Positions 9,734 to 18,611 of a stretch of 64,000 nucleotides of DNA are shown piece by piece. Source of the DNA: Candidatus Micrarchaeota archaeon. GTDB taxonomy: Archaea; Micrarchaeota; Micrarchaeia; Anstonellales; Bilamarchaeaceae. Position numbers and translations under genes: made by a program. Position 1 is the stretch's first letter, and every line of letters starts with the position of its first letter. The stretch is from assembly GCA_043821365.1 (NCBI GenBank), contig JBDRCX010000006.1, positions 544,001 through 608,000 of the forward strand. The letters run 5' to 3'. The notes under the pieces were generated by a model. The model was given only the letters and a program-made list of their open reading frames with translations. It made no database searches and was not told where the DNA came from.

Positions 9734-10152
9734 TATAGGCTCGAGAAATCCGCAGCAGTAACCGCAGAAGAACATGGCAAAGGAGTTTCTGATGCAGGAT
9801 GGAAAATATTCACGAATATCCTAAGCTACAAAGCGGCAGAAGCTGGTTGTGAAGTAATATTTGTGAATCCAAAAAATACGTCTAAAGTTTGCAACAGGTG
9901 TGGTTCATCTGTGCCAAAGAGGCTATGGGAAAGACAACATATTTGTCCTTCATGTGGTTTGAGCATGGATAGAGACCTCAATGCTGCGATAAATATACTC
10001 GAAAAAGCTACTGTTGGAATGGCAGGAAGTAACGCTTGTGTTGGAGAGCAACGCTCTTCGACAGCTAAAGGTTCAAAGCCTTTAGATGGAGATGTTTCAA
10101 AAGAAACGTCAATGAAGCAGGAAGCTCACATCCCTAGATGTGGGTAGTTCAC
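9734..10152 (+). mobile_element. tnpB: Truncated IS200/IS605-family remnant: tnpB 3' part plus right end
   Basis: Frame open from 9734: SDAGWKIF..LSYKA..VNPKNTSKVCNRCG..CPSCG..DRDLNAAINI (Zn finger and RuvC-III). Right-end hairpin cacatc-ccta-gatgtg followed by gtagttcac ending at 10152. The 5' part of tnpB is missing. Confidence 0.9.
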
Positions 10153-10157
10153 GAAGA

Positions 10158-10165
10158 TTATAAAA
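10158..10165 (+). promoter_or_regulatory. TATA box of tRNA-Val
   Basis: TTATAAAA about 30 nt upstream of the mature tRNA 5' end at 10193. Confidence 0.6.
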
Positions 10166-10192
10166 AGCCTTTCACAATCATAAGAAACACAT

Positions 10193-10433
10193 GGGCTCGT
10201 AGTCGAATGGTTATGACGTCCGCCTCACAGAAACTTTTTGGAAAAAAGTTTCACAAAAACCCGTTCAAAAAGTTTTGGGAGCGCGGAAGATTCGCGGTTC
10301 GATCGTTCTTTTTTAGTAAAACATTCGTGAACGTATTGCGTTCACGGTGCCCCATAAAAACGAATTCTCGTTTTTATAGGGAAGAACCAAAAAACTAGTT
10401 CCTAAAAAGCGCACGAAAATCCGCGCGGGCCCA
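10193..10433 (+). tRNA. tRNA-Val (anticodon CAC) with two introns: 10230-10281 (37/38) and about 10304-10419 (T-loop, 59/60)
   Basis: Exons join to GGGCTCGTAGTCGAATGGTTATGACGTCCGCCTCACACGCGGAAGATTCGCGGTTCGATTCCGCGCGGGCCCA. Intron 1 forms a full bulge-helix-bulge (CUCA/UGGG centre; aaactttttg/caaaaagttt outer helix). Intron 2 has a UUCG/CGAA central helix. Confidence 0.92.
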
Positions 10434-10567
10434 TTTTTTCATTTTAGTTTAAGTAATACTCAGGATAAAATGGAAGCTAAGTGAAATCTCAATTTCACAA
10501 TTTTTGCTAATATAAGATTCTTGTGGAGCAGGAGAATGTTTTAATTTCTTAACTTTGTTGTGCTATT

Positions 10568-11590
10568 ATGGCAAAAGCTAAAAAGAAAAAACATTTATCA
10601 AAAAAACATACAAAAAAATCTCCAAAAGTAAAACATAAAAAATCTCATAAAACTGTCAAAAAATCAAAACACACTATAAAAAAGAAAAAACAACACAAAA
10701 CAAAAAAATCAATTAAGAAACCAAAAAAAATTGTTATAAAACCAATTAAATTCAAAAAATCAAAACAACCAACTGAAATTGTAATGCAGCCTATTGTATT
10801 GAAAGTAGTGTTGCCAAAAGAAATTTGCGATAGTTATCAAGAATTCGTTCCTAATCTAAGTAAATTGCCTCCATGGGAAAGCAGGCAGGCATTGAAAAAT
10901 TTTATTTTTAGTAAGAATCTAAAATTCTATTGCGTAAGTCGTGCATCGCCTGATTTCCAAACTGTGATGGGATTTTTTAACGAGTCTCCATATCAAGATG
11001 TTTCTGGACATTTTGTTATTTGTGTAAAAAGTTCAAGCAAAATTGTTGGTGCTTTGGATGGTTACATTGTTGATAATGTTCTTGTTCTTGGGAATAGTTA
11101 TGTAAAATCAGATAAAAGGATTTTACATTTGCTTTTGTATGCTGCTGCATTGACAAGAAGAGAATCAAATTATGTCGTATGTTCAACAAGAGTTGACAAA
11201 CCTTCTATTGATTTTGTTGGTATGCTTAATCTTCTCGGCAGAGGATTTGGGATGTATGCTGTCCCCTATCTTAAATCAACTTTTGTTTTTGTCAGAAGAA
11301 TAAAAAAAGAAGGTCCTGTTACCAATGGGCAGGAAATTGCACATATCCTACGATCATTAAGACTTTCTGGGGATCATGAAATCCGTTCTGCAGTTTTTGA
11401 ATTTAACAAAAGAAGTCTTGTTTCTTTGATACCTTTGCCAATGTCATTAGATAGAAAGGAAAATCTCTATGAACTAAAAGACAGCGGATCTTCACTTGGC
11501 TTTTCTACTGAGTCTTTAGATAGGTTGATTGGGTTGCTTAAACAATCAAAACTCAGTTACAAAGATCTAACTCCCGAGACTCTTTTCTAA
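10568..11590 (+). CDS. Hypothetical protein with Lys/His-rich N-terminal tail
   Basis: First ~66 aa are roughly half Lys, followed by a globular alpha/beta region. Confidence 0.8.
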   Translation: MAKAKKKKHLSKKHTKKSPKVKHKKSHKTVKKSKHTIKKKKQHKTKKSIKKPKKIVIKPIKFKKSKQPTEIVMQPIVLKVVLPKEICDSYQEFVPNLSKLPPWESRQALKNFIFSKNLKFYCVSRASPDFQTVMGFFNESPYQDVSGHFVICVKSSSKIVGALDGYIVDNVLVLGNSYVKSDKRILHLLLYAAALTRRESNYVVCSTRVDKPSIDFVGMLNLLGRGFGMYAVPYLKSTFVFVRRIKKEGPVTNGQEIAHILRSLRLSGDHEIRSAVFEFNKRSLVSLIPLPMSLDRKENLYELKDSGSSLGFSTESLDRLIGLLKQSKLSYKDLTPETLF

Positions 11591-11632
11591 AAAACAAATA
11601 GTTAATTAATATCTTCCTAACCTCTTACATTT

Positions 11633-12493
11633 ATGTTTCGAATTGTTTTTCTTGGAACTTCTGCCAGTGCTCCAACTGTAGAAAGGGGCATGCCTTCAAT
11701 TGCAATAAAATATGAAAGCGAACTTATTCTTTGGGATTGTGGTGAGGGAACACAAAGACAGCTTATGAAATACAAAGTTGGCTATGGGAGCATTGACCAT
11801 ATTATGATCTCCCATCCGCATCTTGATCATTATCTTGGTTTATTTGGTTTATTGGAAACATTGAGATTATCTTCTCCGGCTCCCCGTCCAGTTAATTTAT
11901 TTGTTCCAAAACAACTTGATCTTCAAGATTATAAATTTGCAAAACTTTCAAAATTAAAAAATGGATTAATATATCGCGGAAAAAATTTTACAATAAGTGC
12001 ATTTCCAGTCAAGCATACTAAAAATTCATTTGGTTTAGTTTTCCAAGAAGATGATAAAATAAAATTTCACGAGGAAAAAGCACATTCATTGGGAGTTCAT
12101 GGAAAATTATTCAAAGAAATTCAGAAGAAAGGAAAAATCAAAACTGACAAAGGCGAAATAAAATTACAAGACATTACATGGAAAAATCCAGGGAAGAAAA
12201 TTGTTTACAGTGGCGATTGTTCATTCGATGATAATGTTCTTGAAGCAGCACGTGGTGCAGATATTCTAATTCACGAGGCAACATTTGATTCGTCGAAAAA
12301 ACAAGAAGCAACAGAAAGATCTCATAGCACTGCAGAGGATGCAGCAATGGTTGCAAAGAAAGCAAAAGTAAAACAACTAATTCTGACTCACATCAGTCCT
12401 AGGTATTCTAATAGTAATATATTACTAGAGCAGGCAAAGGCAATATTTGAAAATACGACGGTAGCCAAGGATGGATTTACTGTGGATTTGTAA
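11633..12493 (+). CDS. rnz: Ribonuclease Z
   Basis: FLGTSASAPTVERG, DCGEGTQ, HPHLDH metallo-beta-lactamase motif, HEATF, LTHISPRY. Confidence 0.95.
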   Translation: MFRIVFLGTSASAPTVERGMPSIAIKYESELILWDCGEGTQRQLMKYKVGYGSIDHIMISHPHLDHYLGLFGLLETLRLSSPAPRPVNLFVPKQLDLQDYKFAKLSKLKNGLIYRGKNFTISAFPVKHTKNSFGLVFQEDDKIKFHEEKAHSLGVHGKLFKEIQKKGKIKTDKGEIKLQDITWKNPGKKIVYSGDCSFDDNVLEAARGADILIHEATFDSSKKQEATERSHSTAEDAAMVAKKAKVKQLILTHISPRYSNSNILLEQAKAIFENTTVAKDGFTVDL

Positions 12494-12542
12494 TTTTACT
12501 TCAACTCATCTATTTTTATATTATATTCATTTAATTGAATTC

Positions 12543-13106
12543 ATGTTCAAAAAATTGAATTTGTTTTCAAAAACTGAAATTAAACTCCTTTCTTTTATCT
12601 CATTCCAGGACAGGGAATTATATGAACGTGAAATTGCAATTGGGGCAAAGATAAGTGTTGGGTCGGTAAATTCAATTCTAAAAAAATTAAGTTCTCTAGG
12701 TCTTGTGATCAAATCAAAAAAAGGGAAAATGCTTTTTTACAGGAGGAATGATTCAAACCCAGTTTTACGTCAATTCAAAATTTTTGTAAATGTGTCGCTC
12801 TTATTTCCGTTGGTAAAAAAATTAGTACCAATATCAAAGAGAATAGTGCTTTTCGGCAGCTGTGCAGAAGGTAGGAATGGTGAAACCAGCGATATTGATC
12901 TATTTATTCTTACTTCTGAAAAAGACAGGGTGAAAAAAATACTTAGAACATATAATGAAATTCAAGGGATAGTTATGAATTCAGTTGAATATTCAAATTT
13001 ACGAGATAAAGATAGGGTTTTTTATGATAATATAAACAAAGGAATAGAATTGGGGGATGAAATATGGATGAGCGATTTAGGAGATGTATCGAAGAAAGGA
13101 AGTTAG
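12543..13106 (+). CDS. Minimal nucleotidyltransferase (MNT) with N-terminal winged HTH
   Basis: LFGSCAEG..SDIDLFIL motif; N-terminal YEREIA..ISVGSVNSILKKL helix-turn-helix. Confidence 0.85.
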   Translation: MFKKLNLFSKTEIKLLSFISFQDRELYEREIAIGAKISVGSVNSILKKLSSLGLVIKSKKGKMLFYRRNDSNPVLRQFKIFVNVSLLFPLVKKLVPISKRIVLFGSCAEGRNGETSDIDLFILTSEKDRVKKILRTYNEIQGIVMNSVEYSNLRDKDRVFYDNINKGIELGDEIWMSDLGDVSKKGS

Positions 13107-13480
13107 TAAAAATTAGAATTGAAAAGGAACTAGTTGTTAAGGAACTTAAAGCAGCCGAAGAGGATTTGATCAGTGCAGAAAATTCCATCAGGAAAGGGGA
13201 TTACAAATGGGCCACTATTCAATCCTATTATTCCATGTTCCATACTGCACGTTCTCTTGTTCTTAGTCGTGGTTATCGTGAAAAAAGCCATCTTTGTTTA
13301 TCAGTTGCCTTGAGAAATCTTTTTGCAAACAGGTTGGAAGAAAAATATTTTAACAATCTGAGGGACTGCATGGCACTTCGAGAAGATGCTGATTATGGTT
13401 TAATTTATTCAGAGCTCTCGTCTAAACAGGCGTTGACATGGGCAAGGGATTTTATCCATGTAGCTCGCCTTTTAATATAA
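13064..13480 (+). CDS. HEPN domain protein (MNT-HEPN toxin-antitoxin partner)
   Basis: WATIQSYYSMFHTARSL..REKSH..LREDADY; follows the MNT gene. Confidence 0.88.
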   Translation: MDERFRRCIEERKLVKIRIEKELVVKELKAAEEDLISAENSIRKGDYKWATIQSYYSMFHTARSLVLSRGYREKSHLCLSVALRNLFANRLEEKYFNNLRDCMALREDADYGLIYSELSSKQALTWARDFIHVARLLI

Positions 13481-13579
13481 TAGTAATAATATACTCTCGA
13501 CATCATCACTATCTATAAACCCCGTAAACGTACGGGAGACGTATGTATACTGCGTCTATTGTCTAAATTAAAACTGCAG

Positions 13580-13784
13580 TTTATAAACTGGAGTTTATGT
13601 TTGAGGCCAATGTTTATAAAGATTTTGAAAGACAGTCTCTCAAAGAGATAGGGTAGCCCCTATCCTGGAACTCAGGGGAGAATCTCTTCTGAGCTTTGTG
13701 GGCCGCGCAGGGAAAAAAAACACCGCCGTTAATTGTTTTAGGCGGCCCTATAGTTGGGCGGTGAAAAAAAATTGAGGTGAAAAA
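13580..13784 (+). promoter_or_regulatory. Tandem TATA boxes and long structured 5' leader of the S-layer gene
   Basis: TTTATAAA at 13580 and 13613; GC-rich stems gataggg/ccctatc and caccgcc/ggcggtg; GAGGTGA RBS. Confidence 0.55.
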
Positions 13785-16667
13785 ATGAAAGTAAACCTAA
13801 AGAAAATCGGCGCAGTTGTTGCGGGTGCAACAATTCTAGCCAGCTCAGCCGCGTTTGCCGGACTTATGTTCGGATCAACAACGTTGGTTGATGACAACGG
13901 TGCCCCAGTGGCAAAGGTTGTCGTGGGCAGCAATGCTATGCCAAGCGACGGTGTCGCAGCAGCATTGATTGCAGGAAAAATGGTAAGCGAAGCATACAAG
14001 TCAGCCACCTTGACCGCTCAAGTGTCTGGTACTGCAACTTGTTCAGGAGATGCAAATGCAACAGGAACCTGTGCAATTAGCAATGAGAAAGCAAAATTGG
14101 AAATTACAGTTCCAGACTCAGTTGCAACAGGAACATGGACTGGAGCAAGCCTTATCGGTGATTTTATCAACAGAGATTTGAACGACCGAGTTCATAACGA
14201 TGTTGCTGATAATGATGTGTTGTATCCATTAACTGCATCTGAAACATCTGAAAGTGCAAACCCATTTACAGATAATACTGGTGCAGGTACTGATTTGGCA
14301 TCTTCACCATCTGATGATGAGGTTTTCTACAAAGTAGATGGCAGTGATTTTACTCCATTTGCTGATGCTGACTTATCGGATGATGATGCAGGTGATTCAT
14401 ATACAGAATCTCAAGCATTGTGGATTCAAGGTGATGGTGAATATAATACTGGAGAAGAAGAACTTGTAGGACATGTTGATCTTTTGGTTTATTCAATAAG
14501 ATTTGATGGTCCAGGTGGAGATGAAGCAGGTATTCCTGTTTGTACGAGCCCAGAAAATACAGACTACACATTCTGTAAGACTGGAGATGGCAACTTGGAT
14601 TACGCAACAGAAACCCATAAAGTTAATGTTTACTTCTTGGGTGAAAGTTGGGTTATTAGTGAAATGAACCCACCAACAGATGCAACTGCTGATGAGGATC
14701 TTGTCCAGAGCGGTGGTTCAATTAAACTTGCAAAAGAAGCAGTTTCTGGTATCTTAAACCAAGGTGAATCACTTCCAGTTGATGGATACAAATTCCAATT
14801 GGATGATCTTGAAGCACATGGTGATCAAACATCTGCAATTTTGTCTGTTCTAGATGCTAACGGTAACATTCTCAAAAAAGACAAAGTTGAACCAGGTGAA
14901 ACAAAAGAATTCAATATTGAAGGACAAACATACAGATTCCACGTATACAAAGTTGCCCCAGGTTATACCTTCGGTGCAAAATGGGCAGATGTGGCTATCT
15001 TCTCTGAAGAATTAGAATTAGAAGATGGTGAAGAGCTCAACAAAGAAGAAGGAGATAACGAAGGGTATTATGTAACTCTTGGTTGGAAGAACTATGATGC
15101 AGAAGCTGATGATGGTGATGCAGACAATGGTGAAGAAGAACAACCAGATGCATTGAGAACAATTATTCTCTATGCAGAAACACCAGAAGATGTTATCAGC
15201 AGCGGTGAAGATTTCTTGCTTGCAGGAGATTATATCCCAATTGTTCAAGATCCAGTTGCATGGAAACTAACTTTCCAAGGTTTGGACTTGACAACTGATG
15301 ACTACTTTGGCCTTAGTTTCTCATTAGAGACAGGTGATAAGACCATTTCTGCAAATAAGATGGCAGATAATCTTGACTGTACCATAGCTGGTCCATATGT
15401 CGAAGTATCATCTGATGCAGATGGTGGTATATTCGAAGTTAGTACTTTCTCTGACAATGAATTTTATGTCACACTAGGTAACGACTTTACCGACAATCTT
15501 GGAGGAGGTCTCTGTGATGCATTAGCTGGAGGAGCTACTGGTATCGGTGCAATTGTTATGCAAGAATCTTCATCCTCTGGAGCTGACTACAACGTAGTAC
15601 CATATGTTGTTGGTTCTGAAACAGAAGTTGGTTATTCACAAGTTGGTGATGGTGAAGATACATTTACCACAGGCGGTTCAATTTTGATTGAACAAGGCAC
15701 AACTGTTAATGCCGAATTACTTGCATCAACTATAGGTCCACCAATTGCACTATCTGATGATGAGATTGGTGCGTTGTTCGAAACTGTCCATGCGGCAGAG
15801 GACACTACAGTTACTGGTGGTGCTGGTTTGTACTTTGCAGTTTCAGAACATGCAGGTAATGACTACGTAAACTACTGGATATTCGGTGTTGATGACTATA
15901 CTGACACAACAGATGTTGAATTCCAGTTCGATACTGATGCAATATTGAACATTGGCGGTACAACAGTCTTGTCAGATGATAGGTTACTGTACGGCCATGC
16001 AACTCCAAATGGAGATGACTTCTATGTTGATGGTGCAGCAGCAACGGTATCTGGTCCAGTTGATTCTGGCGTAGAAATGGTTGAAGAAGGGTATGTATCA
16101 GAAAGAGGAACAGTTCTAAAATCATTTGACAGTGATGAAGTTAAATTCGATATGACTCATACACTTGGTCATCTTGAATGGTTCCTTGCTTCATCTGCAA
16201 CTTCAGCAGACGATGCCTCAACAACCATTTGGACTGGTGGTGAAGGTGAATCAACCACTGTAAGCGGCGTAACAGTTAAAGTTCTCGAAATAACTGAAAC
16301 TGTAGGCGCATGCAGCGCAGCAGGTGGTGCACCAGCATGTACAGCAGACATGACCGGCGTTACAGCAGTCATTATGCCAAACAATGCAGCATCAGTAACC
16401 GTTGCAATGCCATACACTGGCAGCTATGGTAACTTGGTCGTACTCGACACAGATGCCGTAGGTGTAAACACCTTAGTATCAGTTGGTGGTGACAAAGTTA
16501 ACTCTGTTACTGCAGGCTTGTTACAAGGTACACCAGTAGATTGGACAGCAGAGACAAAGGTTGTAAGAGAAGTCGTACAGGGATCAAAGATTGTGGTCGC
16601 TGGTAAAGACGCATCAGACACACTCGAAGCAGCCTCAGACTTTGTAGCACAAGTCCAAAAAGTCTAA
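13785..16667 (+). CDS. S-layer protein (Methanococcus-type N- and C-terminal domains)
   Basis: MKVNLKKIGAVVAGATILAS signal, VVVGSNAMPSDGVAAALIA, C-terminal LVSVGGDKVN..IVVAGKDASDTLEAA; very acidic. Confidence 0.9.
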   Translation: MKVNLKKIGAVVAGATILASSAAFAGLMFGSTTLVDDNGAPVAKVVVGSNAMPSDGVAAALIAGKMVSEAYKSATLTAQVSGTATCSGDANATGTCAISNEKAKLEITVPDSVATGTWTGASLIGDFINRDLNDRVHNDVADNDVLYPLTASETSESANPFTDNTGAGTDLASSPSDDEVFYKVDGSDFTPFADADLSDDDAGDSYTESQALWIQGDGEYNTGEEELVGHVDLLVYSIRFDGPGGDEAGIPVCTSPENTDYTFCKTGDGNLDYATETHKVNVYFLGESWVISEMNPPTDATADEDLVQSGGSIKLAKEAVSGILNQGESLPVDGYKFQLDDLEAHGDQTSAILSVLDANGNILKKDKVEPGETKEFNIEGQTYRFHVYKVAPGYTFGAKWADVAIFSEELELEDGEELNKEEGDNEGYYVTLGWKNYDAEADDGDADNGEEEQPDALRTIILYAETPEDVISSGEDFLLAGDYIPIVQDPVAWKLTFQGLDLTTDDYFGLSFSLETGDKTISANKMADNLDCTIAGPYVEVSSDADGGIFEVSTFSDNEFYVTLGNDFTDNLGGGLCDALAGGATGIGAIVMQESSSSGADYNVVPYVVGSETEVGYSQVGDGEDTFTTGGSILIEQGTTVNAELLASTIGPPIALSDDEIGALFETVHAAEDTTVTGGAGLYFAVSEHAGNDYVNYWIFGVDDYTDTTDVEFQFDTDAILNIGGTTVLSDDRLLYGHATPNGDDFYVDGAAATVSGPVDSGVEMVEEGYVSERGTVLKSFDSDEVKFDMTHTLGHLEWFLASSATSADDASTTIWTGGEGESTTVSGVTVKVLEITETVGACSAAGGAPACTADMTGVTAVIMPNNAASVTVAMPYTGSYGNLVVLDTDAVGVNTLVSVGGDKVNSVTAGLLQGTPVDWTAETKVVREVVQGSKIVVAGKDASDTLEAASDFVAQVQKV

Positions 16668-16705
16668 TTTGACTTTTTTTATTTTTTCTTTTTATTTTAT
16701 TTATC
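16668..16705 (+). terminator. Oligo-T terminator after the S-layer gene
   Basis: Several T runs immediately after the stop codon. Confidence 0.55.
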
Positions 16706-16800
16706 TACTTCTAGATGAAAAAATAGATCTTGTTGTTCATAATTTGTAGTGGCGAATTAAAATCAAAAAGCTTAAATAATCGTAGGCACTACATATTAAC

Positions 16801-17718
16801 ATGGTTTTTATAAGAAAAAAGAGTAAGAGTAACACCTACTACTATGAACTTGTTGAGAATAAGCGTATTGGTGGAAAAGTAGTTCAAAAAGTTCTTGAAT
16901 ATTTTCCTACAATTACAGATGCTACAGAATATGCAAAAAAACATGGGCTCAAATTACCAAAAGATGATGGGGAATGGATAAATGAACATCTAAGAAAGTC
17001 CTTGAATGAAAAGTTTGCTAAATTAAATTCTATAAGGCCTCTTCCAAAGAATGTTCTTGAAAGATTACGTGATAAATTTGAAGTAGATATGACATACAAT
17101 TCAAATGCTATAGAAGGGAATCGTCTTACTCTCAGAGAAACTTGGATGGTTTTAAGAAAAGGAATAACAGTACGTGGTAAATCTATGAAAGAGCATTTGG
17201 AGGCTACAAATCATGCTGAAGCAATAGAGTTGTTGGAAAATTTAGCAAATTCAAAAAATGAAATCAAAGAATCAGATGTTCTAAGTATACATGCGATAAT
17301 ACTCGACAAAATCGATTCACAGAATGCTGGATTCTATCGCCATGAACAAGTGTATATAGAAGGTTCCACAGTCCAACTTGCAAAATGGAAAGAAGTACCT
17401 CGTCTAATGCAGGAAGTTTACAAAGAACTGAATAATTTAGATAAGGGCATATCTGCTATCTATTCTGCGGTAAAAATCCATCATAAAACTGTCAAAATAC
17501 ATCCTTTTGTGGATGGTAATGGGCGACTAGCACGTCTTCTTATGAATTTAAGGCTTATACGTGCAGGTTTTCCACCAACAATACTAAGAAAAGAAGAAAG
17601 ACGATCATATTACTCTGCTTTGGAAAAAGCAGACTCTGGAGACTTTAGGTCTTTGTCTATGTTGATTGCAAATGACGTTCGAAAAGCACTTGATTTGTAT
17701 ACAGAAGCTGTGGAATAA
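16801..17718 (+). CDS. Fic-family protein (adenylyltransferase)
   Basis: Canonical HPFVDGNGRLAR motif; TYNSNAIEGNRLTLRET. Confidence 0.93.
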   Translation: MVFIRKKSKSNTYYYELVENKRIGGKVVQKVLEYFPTITDATEYAKKHGLKLPKDDGEWINEHLRKSLNEKFAKLNSIRPLPKNVLERLRDKFEVDMTYNSNAIEGNRLTLRETWMVLRKGITVRGKSMKEHLEATNHAEAIELLENLANSKNEIKESDVLSIHAIILDKIDSQNAGFYRHEQVYIEGSTVQLAKWKEVPRLMQEVYKELNNLDKGISAIYSAVKIHHKTVKIHPFVDGNGRLARLLMNLRLIRAGFPPTILRKEERRSYYSALEKADSGDFRSLSMLIANDVRKALDLYTEAVE

Positions 17719-17796
17719 GTCATTGTATAATACACATCAAAATCCACTCTCTAGCGAACTGTAATCCTTTATATTTTTTCTCTTAGTATCACTCAC

Positions 17797-18576
17797 ATGG
17801 CAGCTCCAACCGTAGAACACAAAATCATCCCCCCAGGAAAGAAACTTCCTCAGAATGTAGAAATCCTTGCTGGAAAAGTAAAATCAATTACACTTGTTCT
17901 TCCGTTGTTAAATGAAAAAAACGCATACTTAGTAATAAAACTTCCCGAATCAGTTCTAAAAGATGTTTTAGAGCATGCAGCAAAACTTCCAGAAGCACAA
18001 AGAACACAATTTGTTCAAGATTGGCTTATGAAAAACCAAGACGTTGCGTTGCAACAATATATCAAAAGCAAAGCAAAAGTATTCACTCTTGATGTTGTAC
18101 CAGTTAGAGTTGCAGAACCAAGTAGGTTGGGTACAATTCATCTTGAAAAAGCACCACACCGAATTGGTCTTGAAAGAGGAGAGACAAGAATTCTATCAGG
18201 TTCAGGTACAACTGGAGACCCCTACCAAGCAACAATCGCAGTTTCTCCTTTTGTTAGATTGGAGGGAGTTGGTAAAAAAGCAGTTAAGCTACCCTTAATA
18301 ATTGATTTGGAATCATTTGGACAATTTCACTTTAAAATTACATTAAAATTAGGGCAGTTAGCTGAAGACAATATTTCAGTAACAAGTGGCAGTATTTCGT
18401 TCTTATTACGACAACAAATAACTAAATTAGCTTCAACGCAATTTGATACTGAAACAAGGGATTTTAGGGAAGCACTTCGTGATGCAATGTCAAATATTGC
18501 ACCGAATTTGCGTGAACAAGTCAAAAGGATGAAAGTCAAACACCCAGAATGGACTGATTGTCTAGAAGGAAATTAA
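17797..18576 (+). CDS. Hypothetical protein (259 aa)
   Basis: Long ORF with typical composition; no family recognised. Confidence 0.7.
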   Translation: MAAPTVEHKIIPPGKKLPQNVEILAGKVKSITLVLPLLNEKNAYLVIKLPESVLKDVLEHAAKLPEAQRTQFVQDWLMKNQDVALQQYIKSKAKVFTLDVVPVRVAEPSRLGTIHLEKAPHRIGLERGETRILSGSGTTGDPYQATIAVSPFVRLEGVGKKAVKLPLIIDLESFGQFHFKITLKLGQLAEDNISVTSGSISFLLRQQITKLASTQFDTETRDFREALRDAMSNIAPNLREQVKRMKVKHPEWTDCLEGN

Positions 18577-18611
18577 CAACAGTTTTAAATCTGCACAAGC
18601 TTATCACTTCT

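Noticed and set aside
9863-10147. Possible miniature Cas12f/Cas14 effector
   Set aside because: It is only the C-terminal zinc finger and RuvC-III part of TnpB, with an IS right end and no array.
10153-10172. Second in-window target for the putative omegaRNA guide
   Set aside because: I found only a 9-nt match (gaagattat near 45898), which is expected by chance in AT-rich DNA.
10138-10398. 86-aa ORF
   Set aside because: It overlaps the tRNA-Val gene and its introns.
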